From Asterias rubens (lineage: Eukaryota): 64,000 bases of DNA. The stretch spans positions 30,938,001 to 31,002,000 of the forward strand of contig NC_047062.1 in the NCBI RefSeq assembly GCF_902459465.1, in the 5' to 3' direction. Under the pieces are notes generated by a model. It saw only the letters and a list, made by a program, of their open reading frames with translations. It had not been told where the DNA came from and did not search any database. Each line of letters opens with the position of its first letter. Position 1 is the stretch's first letter. Both the position numbers and the translations under genes were made by a program. Below, piece after piece: positions 25,201-34,700 of the stretch.

Positions 25201-25753
25201 TTATCTAAGTACTTTAAGATTTAGCAAAATATTTCCTTGCATCTCTATACACTCTTCAAAAGCTTAATACTTTTTTCAAAAAGCTTGGTACACTTTTCCA
25301 AATTTGTATACAACTTTCAAAAGACTAAAAAGCTTTATACTCTTTTCAAAGCTTCAAACACTTTTCAAAAGCTTTTTACTTTTCAAAGCTAGACATTTTG
25401 ACAGGACTGTAACTCAATTTTATTTTGTTGTTTCTATTCAACTACAGGTGCCAGACTACTACAAGATTATCAAGCGGCCGATGGACTTTGCCACGATGCA
25501 GACAAAAGTCAACGCCGTGGAGTACCGCGGCGCCACCGAGTTCATTGCAGACGTCCAGTTGATTTTCACCAACTGTCAACAGTACAACCAGCCGTATAGC
25601 GACACGTACAAGTCAGGGACCAAACTCAGGGCCTTCTTCGAGAAGAGACTTAAGGCGTTGGGGATCAATGTGGATAGCGGGGAGGATAAACAGGCGGGAG
25701 AAACCACGAACGAGAAAACGCAACCGCCTAAAAAGAAGGCAAGACGGAGATGA
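4263..25753 (+). CDS. BAZ1A: Bromodomain adjacent to zinc finger domain protein 1A (ACF1), ISWI remodeller accessory subunit; complete CDS, 24 exons
   Basis: Exons 4263-4375, 6167-6442, 6799-6942, 7688-7786, 8468-8555, 8687-8909, 9685-9920, 10109-10204, 10880-11018, 11740-11892, 12134-12229, 12385-12609, 12989-13154, 13383-14535, 16040-16221, 16697-16854, 17208-17303, 18180-18418, 18573-18868, 19591-19755, 22797-23014, 23609-23992, 24494-24660, 25448-25753; phases compatible throughout. WAC (MPLLRRREF...EEVFVCRLTNELFRDYNEFFKRTILCNSLVWSCSMTGKPGLTYQEA), DDT (LFGDMVMLMEFMYHF), WHIM (PLGEDRIYRRFWLF, LNRRGFREKALK), PHD (CRICRRKGDAEQMLLCDGCDRGLHMYC), bromodomain (VPDYYKIIKRPMDF...FTNCQQYN). Confidence 0.95.
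6578..6648 (+). pseudogene. tRNA-derived pseudogene or SINE head in a BAZ1A intron
   Basis: A-box TAGCTCAGTTGGTAGAGC and degenerate B-box GGTTCACATCC; acceptor and anticodon stems pair poorly. Confidence 0.55.
7036..7140. mobile_element. Inverted pair of degenerate Penelope-like terminal motifs
   Basis: aatggtctgaagttttgacccaagcagagtctttct ... agaaagactctgctaggattgaaatgtcaggccatt are inverted copies; a related remnant is at about 33445-33530. Confidence 0.4.
7150..7460 (+). mobile_element. Dispersed non-autonomous element (copies also at about 38770-39245 + and 12670-12940 -)
   Basis: Shared cctccagctatgaaatgg...aacaactccttataagggaatgctgtgcgcgtcgcgcg...ctcgacca...ataaacaaaggtttat (hairpin)...cacgtgacg...ccaatagg; superfamily not determined. 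Confidence 0.75.
7811..8087 (-). mobile_element. tRNA-derived SINE, family A
   Basis: Shares gtgtcttgcttaaggacacaagtgtc and body with copies at about 15045-15395, 20858-21147 and 37585-37715; intact copies read as A-box TGGCCGAGC and B-box GGTTCGAATCC on the - strand. Confidence 0.7.
8265..8415 (-). mobile_element. tRNA-derived SINE, family B fragment
   Basis: acaggc...gggattcaaaccc...gacctttgca...gagcag.tgtctt.ccactagaccaccgag is the reverse complement of the 27375-27785 copy. Confidence 0.6.
9220..9606 (+). mobile_element. About 385-bp MITE with TTAA target duplication (Kolobok/T2-like)
   Basis: TTAA-AG(A/G)CAGTGGACACTAT.GGTAATT ... AATTACCAATAGTGTCCACTGCCT-TTAA; near-identical copies elsewhere in the window. 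Confidence 0.9.
10290..10800 (+). repeat. 116-bp tandem repeat, about 4.5 copies; unit also dispersed through the window
   Basis: atgatatcatattgttggctggcatgg...cagacagtaggagggttgactgtgtaccatgtag recurs at 10361, 10477, 10593, 10709. Confidence 0.9.
14603..14820 (+). mobile_element. SINE family A, internally deleted, with (TAT)n tail
   Basis: GGGTTCGAATCCCC-agcaagacactttaccattgcctcgtccttcggatggga... ending in tattattattatt. Confidence 0.65.
15045..15395 (-). mobile_element. tRNA-derived SINE, family A
   Basis: Colinear with 7811-8087; ggggattcgaacccacactctg is a reversed B-box. Confidence 0.75.
17440..18110. repeat. 151-bp tandem repeat, about 4.4 copies, in a BAZ1A intron
   Basis: ccacaggaggctgtggaaccaaagtacacag recurs at 17454, 17605, 17756, then degenerates. 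Confidence 0.9.
19591..19755 (+). CDS. BAZ1A: BAZ1A cassette exon encoding an additional (second) PHD finger
   Basis: ctctttcattgcag|T ATC GAC CAC ... CCT AAT GG|gtaaat; 165 nt, phase 2/2; DIDHNDTCGWCRHGGDMVLCHRCPSAFHMECLQPPLHKFPRRKWFCPTCSKHLPNG with full C4HC3 spacing. Confidence 0.85.
20612..20840. mobile_element. Small TIR element; inverted partial copy at 56808-56975
   Basis: TIRs tagaccgtatt ... aatacggtcta; internal gctatgaaaagtcgccatcttgtagggcaaac (contains YY1-like CGCCATCTT) is reverse-complemented at about 56915-56950. Confidence 0.65.
20858..21147 (-). mobile_element. tRNA-derived SINE, family A
   Basis: Same body; ggggttcgaacccacac and gctcggccacaacac mark the reversed B- and A-boxes. 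Confidence 0.7.
22461..22658 (-). mobile_element. Internally deleted TTAA MITE (same family as 9220-9606)
   Basis: TTAA-AGGCACTGGACAC ... GTGTCCAGTGCCT-TTAA, with one half of the internal sequence missing. Confidence 0.85.
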
Positions 25754-25835
25754 GCGTTTTTCGGCTCTAATTGATTGAGTTTTGAAAGAATATGAGTTTA
25801 ATCGGTAGCCGGCAGTCTCTTCGTTTTAGACTTCA

Positions 25836-25989
25836 GGCCTGGAATTACACGCGCAGGCCACAGAGACCATTGCCTCTGTTGCCCCTGGTCTTTGCCTTGG
25901 TGCCCCTATGAACTTACAGATTTTCCAATGGAAGTGCCCTTTGCAAAATGAAAATGGCCTTGCCCTTTCAAAAACGAAGTTCCAGGCCT
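25836..25989. mobile_element. Short TIR element in the BAZ1A 3' UTR; family members also near 11370-11700, 19040-19320, 23120-23320, 32000-32140, 46690-46850
   Basis: TIR caggcctggaa ... ttccaggcctg; shared internal gcccctggtctttgccttggtgcccc and gaagtgccct. Confidence 0.65.
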
Positions 25990-26357
25990 GAGACTCTGTA
26001 GTGAAATGGGAGGCTGTTCGGCCATGATGCCTTACATATGAGCACATAGTTCTGTGGTAACATAGTACCAGGGCCCAGTTCCAGGGCCCACATAGTTCCA
26101 AGGCCCAATTTTATAGCGCTGCTTAGCAGTCGATTTTGTGCTTACTGTGCAATTTCTATTTCATAGGGCTGCTAACTGTAAGCACACGAAAAGGCATGCT
26201 AACCTTCCAGTGCTTACCGCATGAAAAATAAATGACATCACAATGCAAATCCATGGTAAACACGCAATACGGCCGCCCAGTTTTTCTGCTAACCTGTGAA
26301 ATACGCTAAGGCTGAAGCAAATTTTTCGGCTACGGTTAGCACGCAAATTTGCTTACC

Positions 26358-26548
26358 ATTAAGCAGCGCCGTGAAATTAGGCCAAGGTCATAAAATGAGG
26401 CGCAGATTGCGTGCAGTCTGACAGCTACATAATAACCCTCATAGGGTCAGGATTAAGCAGCGCCATGAAATTAGGCCAAGGTCATAAAATGAGGCGCAGA
26501 TTGCGTGCAGTCTGACAGCTACATAATAACCCTCATAGGGTCAGGATT
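26358..26548. repeat. 94-bp direct tandem duplication
   Basis: aagcagcgcc(g/a)tgaaattaggccaaggtcataaaatgaggcgcag...tagggtcaggatt at 26361 and 26455. Confidence 0.85.
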
Positions 26549-27374
26549 ACTTGATTTTGTTTGTTTCACATAACTGAGAGGAAGTAAGCAGGTAAAAGGC
26601 TGGGAAACAGAAACAAGTATTTTGTTTTCATAAAAAAAAAATAGCAGACCAGCTTGGGGCATTATTATATGGGGAACTAATAGTATTATAGTTTTGACGG
26701 TGCTTGTTTTAGGTTGGCAGAAAATGTGTGCTTTCTAAAAAACTTAAAGCAACTTTTCAACCAAATTCGGAGAAGTATAATTTGATTGATTTGAAGTCAT
26801 CAGAAAGGCACCCCAAAACATTCCATTTACTAGTACTATAGCAAAAGTGGTGAGACTTGTTGTAATTTGCGTGCTTTTGGTTCATTTTTTTTAGGGTGGT
26901 GCAGTTGGGGGTAGGTTTATTTATTTTTTAATCGTTGACTTGCACAACTTATTAGAGTTTCAATTAAGGGTTTCTGTAAAGATTCTCCTTCAGTGATTGG
27001 AGAATTACTGTTAGGTAATGATTGATTTCACTTGTTCTGTTCTTTACTTTAAAGTGTCACACTTAAAAAAATAAAAAGTTAGAAATATGCAAAACCCTTC
27101 TACATTGACTGGGGTTTTGGGTGATAGTTAAATTATGCCAGTCTGTAACGTGATGTTCTGAATGCATCTACACAGTACACAGTCAACCCTCCTACTGTTT
27201 GACTAGTCATAATCACCCCCTGTGGTTTTGAATGATAGATAACTATGCTAATAGTAGGAGGGTTGATCCTGTGTTGCATGAAGTCTCTGGCCACATGTGA
27301 TTTATATAGAAACGCCCATCATTTAAATAATTGTTTGAGTTACCGTTTTCCTAATATTCATTTCCAAAAATGTT

Positions 27375-27785
27375 GCCAGCAAAACACCCGCTGCTAAAAC
27401 ATAGGATTCGAACTGCCTCTAGCCACCAGGCAATCTCGGTGGTCTAGTTGTCATGACTATGGGTGCGTTTGTTTAGCTTCCCTGGGTCGACCCCGGTGTG
27501 TGAGGTGTTTTTTTCCCAGGACGAACGTGTGCAGATAATTACCCACGTTCGTCCTGGAAGAAAAAAACGCCACACACCGGGGTCAACCCAGGGAAGCTAA
27601 ACGAACGCACCCATTGCTCTAGAATTGCAAAGGTTGTGGGTTCAAAACCCCCTCCCGAGTAGTATGCCTGTGATTTTTTCACAGAACTTGGGTAAGTACC
27701 GAGTATACAGTGCAAACACACATCGGTGTATATGGGTAAAACAAAATAATAATAAAAATATTCTTTATCCCTGATGCAAATTAAC
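27375..27785 (+). mobile_element. SINE family B, interrupted by a hairpin MITE
   Basis: ctcggtggtctagttg...[insert]...ttgctctagaattgcaaaggttgtgggttcaaaaccc...gcctgtga...cacacatcggtgtatatgggtaaaa; an uninterrupted inverted copy at 59480-59700 shows the empty site. Confidence 0.7.
27461..27612. mobile_element. 152-bp near-perfect palindromic MITE
   Basis: gggtgcgtttgtttagcttccctgggtcgaccccggtgtgtg ... cacacaccggggtcaacccagggaagctaaacgaacgcaccc. Confidence 0.85.
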
Positions 27786-28129
27786 AGTTTGTTTGTTCTT
27801 CTGGATAAAAATACACTTCATGCTTCACAGAAATTTGTAATGACTTTTTGAACTTGTATTATAGATATTTATCTCAATTTTGTATGTTCATCAAACTTTT
27901 GTAATAATTTTTTCATGAAAGAGTTGTCACCATTTGAGGACCCAGGAACGCCCTGTAATTTAACTAACAATTAATTGTAGTGATTAATTATGATTATTAG
28001 TTATTTTATGTTATAAGCATTAGGTGAGTAACTAAAGCAAATGAAAAAAGGAAGGGGAAAAAGGAAAAATAAAAAGTAAAAGTTATGAATTTATTAGGTT
28101 TAATGAGATTAAAAACCCTCAACGTTTAT

Positions 28130-28495
28130 CCCTATTAGGGATCACTGATATTATGAATTTGAGGTTAAGTGTCCCTTGTCCCAATTGGTGATCACTGATA
28201 TTCTTAATTGGCAATCTCTGATATTCTTAATTGGCAGATAAATGTCCCTTATCCCAATTGGGGATCACTGATATTCTTAATTGTCAGATAAATGTTCCTT
28301 ATCCCAATCGAGGATCACTGATATCTTCATTCTAGGACAAAGTGAATTTGTCTTTATGGGGGGGGGGGGCACTGATATTCTTAAATGGCAGACAAATGTC
28401 CCTCATCCCAATTGGGGATTACTGATGATCTTATTTGGCATACAAATTGCCATTACCCCAATTGGTGATCATTGATATTCTTAATTTGTAAGATA
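28130..28495. repeat. Degenerate minisatellite, unit about 50 bp
   Basis: Repeated atcactgatattcttaattggcagataaatgtcccttatcccaattgggg. Confidence 0.75.
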
Positions 28496-28779
28496 AGTGT
28501 CCGAACTGGGTTTAAATGATGCCCCTAATGGTGTAGTTTTGTTTAATGCATCACTGACAAGTCAGATTTAATTTCCTTAATTTTTTTTTTTGGAAGTTGG
28601 GCACACTGAAGTAAAGTTTGATTGCAACTTGAAGAAATATATGATGCCTTTGATATTTTGTTGTTTTGTGTTTGATAAAAACTAGAAAAAATAAGGGAGA
28701 CCAGATAGCTCAGTTGGTAGCTAGGTTCATCTCCTGAAAAGAATGCTCTATCGTTTCCTTGAAACTGTTATACATGTAC

Positions 28780-29440
28780 ACCACAAACAAACTGTGTAGT
28801 GTTACATTGCAAACCATGTGGTGTTGTTACACTGCAAACATTGTGTTTTACACCGCAAATCTTGAGGAGTTTACACTGCAACTAATGTGGGGTTACACCA
28901 CAAAGCATCCTGTGTTGTACCTTAAACTGTGTGGTGTTACACTGCAAACAATGTTGTGTTTCACCGCAAATCTTGAGGTGTTACACTGTAACCTATGTGG
29001 TGTTACACCACAATACATCATGTGTTACATCTCAACTATGTGGTGTTACACTGCAAGCCATGTGCCGTTACACTGCAAGCCATGTGGTGTTACACCGCAA
29101 TCCATGTGGTGTTACACCGCAAGCCATGTGGTGTTACACCGCAAGCCATGTGGTGTTACACTGCAAGCGATGTGGTGTTTTACTGCAAACCATCCTGTGA
29201 GTGATACATTGCAACAATCAGGTGTTACGCCTGAAACTTTGTGGTGTTACACTGCAAATAGTGTGGTGTTACACCACGAATAGTGTGGTATTACACTGCC
29301 AACTATGTGTTGTTACACTGCAAATCATTCGGTGTTACACTTCAGACAGGCCAGTGTGACACTGCAAACCATCTGGTGTTACACATGAAACTATGTGGTG
29401 TTACACTGCAAACTATATTGACACTCCACTACACATTGCC
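28780..29440. repeat. About 22-bp minisatellite (ccatgtggtgttacactgcaag)
   Basis: Numerous tgtggtgttacac(t/c)gcaa units. Confidence 0.85.
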
Positions 29441-29750
29441 TCATTACTTAAATCAATTATGCCTCTGACAAATTCCTGAGAAATTTTGTTACAACTTTGC
29501 TGTTTCTCCAGCCTTTAGATTTGTCGGAAAATCACAAAATAAATGTTTTAATTAATTGATTGATTGATTGATTAATTGACTGACATTGTTATTTCATAAG
29601 TATTGATTTGTTATGGTTTCTGTACTAAATGTACTTCTGTACTTCAAGTTCATTCTATCGAAAACTATATCTTTTGTGTTCATAATAATATGATTTGTGT
29701 ATTTTCTGTTGCATAATTTAGTGATTGCTTTATTATGTAAATACACAATG

Positions 29751-29756
29751 AATAAA
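29751..29756 (+). terminator. Candidate distal polyadenylation signal for BAZ1A
   Basis: AATAAA followed by T/GT-rich sequence; alternative AATAAA sites at about 27070, 28068 and 29538, so the true 3' end is unresolved. Confidence 0.3.
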
Positions 29757-31744
29757 GGAGTCCTTTGTTTCAGTACACATTTGTTCTTGGTATTCTTTTA
29801 TTTTTGTCTACTGATTGATTGTTATTCAATATCAACTTTGCCAGCCTGCATTATTATGTGGTTTATTCATGGACATTACATAGTCAACCCTCCTACTATC
29901 TGACCATTCATTATCGTCACGATACCAGATGGTACACGCTCAACCCTCCTAATCCACAATGCTGTCAAATGATAGATAAACTATGCTAGTCTGCAATGTG
30001 TTGTCATTTTTTGTACTGCATCTTCACTGTACAAGGTCAACCCTCCTACTGTCTGACCATTCAATATAATCCTCAATTCTTTTGAATTTTAGATGAACTA
30101 CATGTAGTATGCCAGCCTGCAATATTGGTAAATGCATCCTGCATAATTTACAGTCAATTATAAATGCACAGTTGTGCCACCAAGCATAACCAGTGAAGTG
30201 AAAAGGGTTTTGAATGGGTCGGTAAACTCACTGGAAATGGTACAAAGAGTAGGAGGGTTAAATACTCAGTTTTACAAATTAAAAACTATGTACCTAAGTT
30301 TAAACATTTCATATCCACGCAAAATTTTAATTCTAATTCTTCCTCTTGCATTTCTGGATTGAACAAACTATTTTAAAATTATTTTTAGTAATTTCAAAAA
30401 ACTTATTCGTAGCCCCCTTTTTAACCACGCCCACTTTGCCGACCCCGGAATCACTCCTTCTTATGTTCATTGTACACAAACAACACTACTTTTTTTCTAA
30501 CATGGTAAAAGCTTTGAATAGACGACCTTCATAGTTATAGGAAAACATAAAAAACAATAACACTAATAGTCTGGCGCACCATATGAAGAAACTAAAGTGA
30601 ACAATACAATAATAGAGACGTTTGGGATATATGCCACCTGTTATCGTGCGTATATGACATTGAAAGATTGTCCAGCTGATTGTGGCACCGCCAGTTTTTG
30701 GTACATTTTGTTTTCTAAAACCCTTAATATGTTAAATAAAGTAACACTTATACTTTCCAGTGATACTATAGCTGAGTACAGCCATATATTCGGTAAGTTT
30801 TTTTGTGTTTTGGGATGTCTTCTTCTTAGAATTTAGACGGTTGTTCAACGTTTGTTATTACAAAAAAAATTAAAAAATTACAATACAATACAAGCATTGC
30901 TCTGCATTCACTTTTCAGTCAAAGAATGCTGGCTCCCATTTAATTGAGCAGAAAACATACATTGCCCAGCCCCTCTCTCTGTTCATGTATTTCGATTGGT
31001 CATGACCCCTTCTAACACCATTTTTGGTATACTTGTTTATGAAATGGGTGACTGTGTGGGGTTGTCACATTTTAGCCCTTTGTAATTGTAGGTTTGAGAA
31101 AGACTCTGTCACTGTGTCTTTATATTATAACCCTGAGTGTTGAAATGTCAGGTTATAAGGTTTATCGCAAATAGCAAAATATCACCGTTAAACCCGCACA
31201 AAGATATAGGCGTTGTGTGCACGAGTCGTAGAAACTGCATAGAAACTGCCCCATATTCCTTCCCACAATGCATTGCGTTTCTGAATCGCGATAAACCTTA
31301 TTAATTGTAACCCTTTTTGTGCATATCTTTCCTTTGGAATATTTTGAACTGGCACAAAGGTCGAGATCAGGAGCTAGTAGCATCAGCAGCTATGATTAAA
31401 TACTTATTTTTGTATTCATTTCTTGGGTATACTACAAAAAATACAGCAAAGAGAAATTAAAGAGGAAGGAAAAAGACATGAAAGAGGAAGGAAAAAGAAC
31501 CAGCCAGGAGCCTGGTGGTTTTTCTAAAAGAAAAACAGTTCCTGCCTAGAGGCTCTCCTCTCCAGCTCTCCTAAAGTCTAAAGAGAGAAAATTAAGCATA
31601 CATGAAATTCCAGGTCTAGGAAATTCATCAAAATAACTTAATTTGTTTCAGTATTTACGTAGTCAGCTTATATCAAGTTTATATTTGTCATTCTAGATCA
31701 ACCTCTTGACCAATTTTGGTTAATGTGGTGAGACTTTTCCAACA

Positions 31745-34700
31745 ATGGCGTACTACACCCCGATCTCCAATAACACGCATCCCTTTGGACAAGAGGAGGA
31801 AGTGTCCAGGCAGCAGCTCTTTGTTGCCTTCTGTAACCATCTCCACCTCGGGCAATGGGAGCTTGTCAGGGCATGCGCCAGAGGACTACTTGAGTTTGGT
31901 AACGTGGGGCAAGGAACCACAGAGCCTGATGTGAGGAAAGTACTAGAAGCAGTGGTTGAACATCCATACGATTGCAGGTAAATGAGCAGGCCTGTGTGCT
32001 TCGTTCTTGAAAGGGCAAGAACACCAGTGAATTTTCTCCTTGGTAAAGCACACACTATGAGGAATTTGTCAATTTCTTCTGTTTTAGCATTTTAAGGGCA
32101 CCAAGGAAATGACCAGGGGGCATGGAGGCACTCGCCTTGGTTCCTTAAAGGAAGTGGACACTATTGGTAATTGTCAAAGACTAGCCTTCACAGTTGGTGT
32201 ATCTCAACATATGCATAAAACAACAAACCTGTGAAAATTTGAGCTCAATTGGTTATCGAACTTGCGAGATAAAAAATGAAAGAAAAAATACCCTTGTCAC
32301 ACGAAGTTGTGTGCGTTCAGATAGTTGATTTCGAGACCTCAAGTTCTAAACTTGAGGTCTCGAAATCAAATTCGTGGAAAATTACTTCTTTCTCAAAAAC
32401 TATTGCACTTCAGAGGGAGCCATTTCTTACAATGTTTTATACCATCAACCTCTCCCCATTACTTGTGATCAAGAAAGGTTTTACGCTAATAATTATTTTG
32501 AGTAATTACCAATAGTGTCCACTGTCTTTAATGAAGTATCAGGCCTGAATGAGGCTGTCTGGAGTTTGAACTTAGCCATGCCCGCTTGCCAAATGGAAAC
32601 AAGGGCGAGTCAAAACCCATTTTTTGCAGTCCGAAAATAATGGTTTCTTTTTGTACATTTGTACAAGATTGGTGTATGTCAAACATCAGTTATAAACTTA
32701 ATATGAAAAAGTAAATAAATACAAAATAATGCAGCACATCGAAATCATACAGGAAAAATAGAAATGTACAATTGGAGCTTAATATATCATACATGGAACT
32801 TAATATCTCATACCTGTTTTAGGTGTAACTTATAATCTCAAACTGCGTATGACTTTAATATCTTTTACTTGTACGACTTATCATTTATCTTTTACTTGTA
32901 CGACTTATCATTTACGGCTTAGTTTTTCAAAAAGGAAATTGTTTTTATTTCAGCAGTATGCTCCCGTACATTTGTAAGATTTTCTGATACAAAAGATATT
33001 TTGTGACTGAGTCTGCTATTTCAGACTGTGGCATTGACTTCAAAGTGCTGGCAGGAAATCGTTGGGTGGTTTTTAACCGGCGATGTGCATTACACTTCCT
33101 GTGGATTGTGTAGGCCTATAGAACAATCAGTGGCCTTCATGTCCATAAATCCAGGGTCCCAAAAATTGAGGTCCATTATAAATATAATCTCAATGAAAAT
33201 CAGATTAATAAAATATATTATTGCCTAGTCTAAGACCCTTACGCACAGTACCAAATCCTTCTGTATCCAATTGCCAAAGAGCTGGGGCCAGTAGGCCTAA
33301 ACAACAATTCGCTTATAGATCACAGGTCCTGAAAGGCATTCCTATCTTGTCTAAAGTTCAAACTATTTGGTGTGGATTGACATAGGAAAAGAGTATGTGG
33401 GAGGAAGCAGGCCAAAATGCAACCCAAACTCAACTGCCCAGTCAATAGGAATTCTAATGGCCTGGCGTTTCAAACCCTAGCACCTACATGTTGCAGAGTC
33501 TTTCTCGACTCTGCTAGGCTTGAAATATCAGACACTTAAAGGCAGTTGACACTATTAGTAATTACTCAAAATAATTATTAGCATGAAACCTTACTTGGTA
33601 ACGAGTAATGGGGAGAGGTTGATTGTATAAAACATTGTGAGAAACGGCACCCCCTGAAGTGCCATAGTTTCCGAGGAAGAAATAATTTTTCATGAATTTG
33701 ATTTCGAGACCTCAGATTTAGAGCTTGAGGTCTCGAAATCAACCATCTAAACGCACACACCTTCGTGTGAAAAGGGTGTTTTTCTTTCATTCATATCTCG
33801 CAAGTTCGATGACCGATTGAGCTCAAATTTCCACAGGTTTGTTATTTTATGCATATGTTGAGATACACCAACTATGAAGGCTAGTCTTTGACAATTACCA
33901 ATAGTGTCCACTGCCTTTAAAAGGCAGGGTACAATTTGGTCACTATAAAAACTTACTTGGTGAGGAGCGCCAAAGAGGTCTTGATAGAACAATCATTGTG
34001 AGAAACATTGACTTGATTCATCAGGAATGTTTTAAAGGGTCTATGTAACTTTTGTAGGACAAAAAACACAATGTCCACAGATTTACACTAAACTTACACA
34101 GTTTGAAAATAATGATAGTAGAAAGCTTCCCTGAAAATATTACGTGCTGAGGTACTGTAGTTTTTGGGAAATGAGTAAAACAATGTAATGAAAATAATTT
34201 TTGTCTCATGAGACGAAATATATTTCAATCATTTACATAAGTATTTTCATGACCTTGTTTTACTCATTTCTTAAAAAAACTACAGCACCTCAGTAAGTAA
34301 AATTTGAAGGGAAGCTTTCCACTATCATTATCTCCATACCCTGTAAGTTTAATGTAAATCTATGGACATTTTGAAAAGGTACCCAAATCCTTGAAGCCAT
34401 AAATTATAAAGATCTGAGATCATATCCAATCAATGTGATGTACTCATGGATAGAAATAATTCAGTTTCTTTCAGACACCATGTTTAGTCTGTTGTGTACT
34501 GATGCACGAAAATCCTTTTTGTTGGTTGATGAGTTGATGTTATCATTTCTTGGATACCTTTAGAATTACTTGATCAGAGATGTTGTTTATTTTGTGAGTG
34601 CCATGAAATTTGCTCATAGCTACACAATTTTACACCGTATTGTTTAATACTGTGTTTTTATGAACCTTTTTTCTTCTTTTTTGTGTGCAATTTGTCTGGT

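Noticed and set aside
28759-29468. 174-aa Cys/Trp/Tyr-rich ORF and overlapping ORFs
   Set aside because: Translation of the 22-bp minisatellite in the presumptive 3' UTR or intergenic region.
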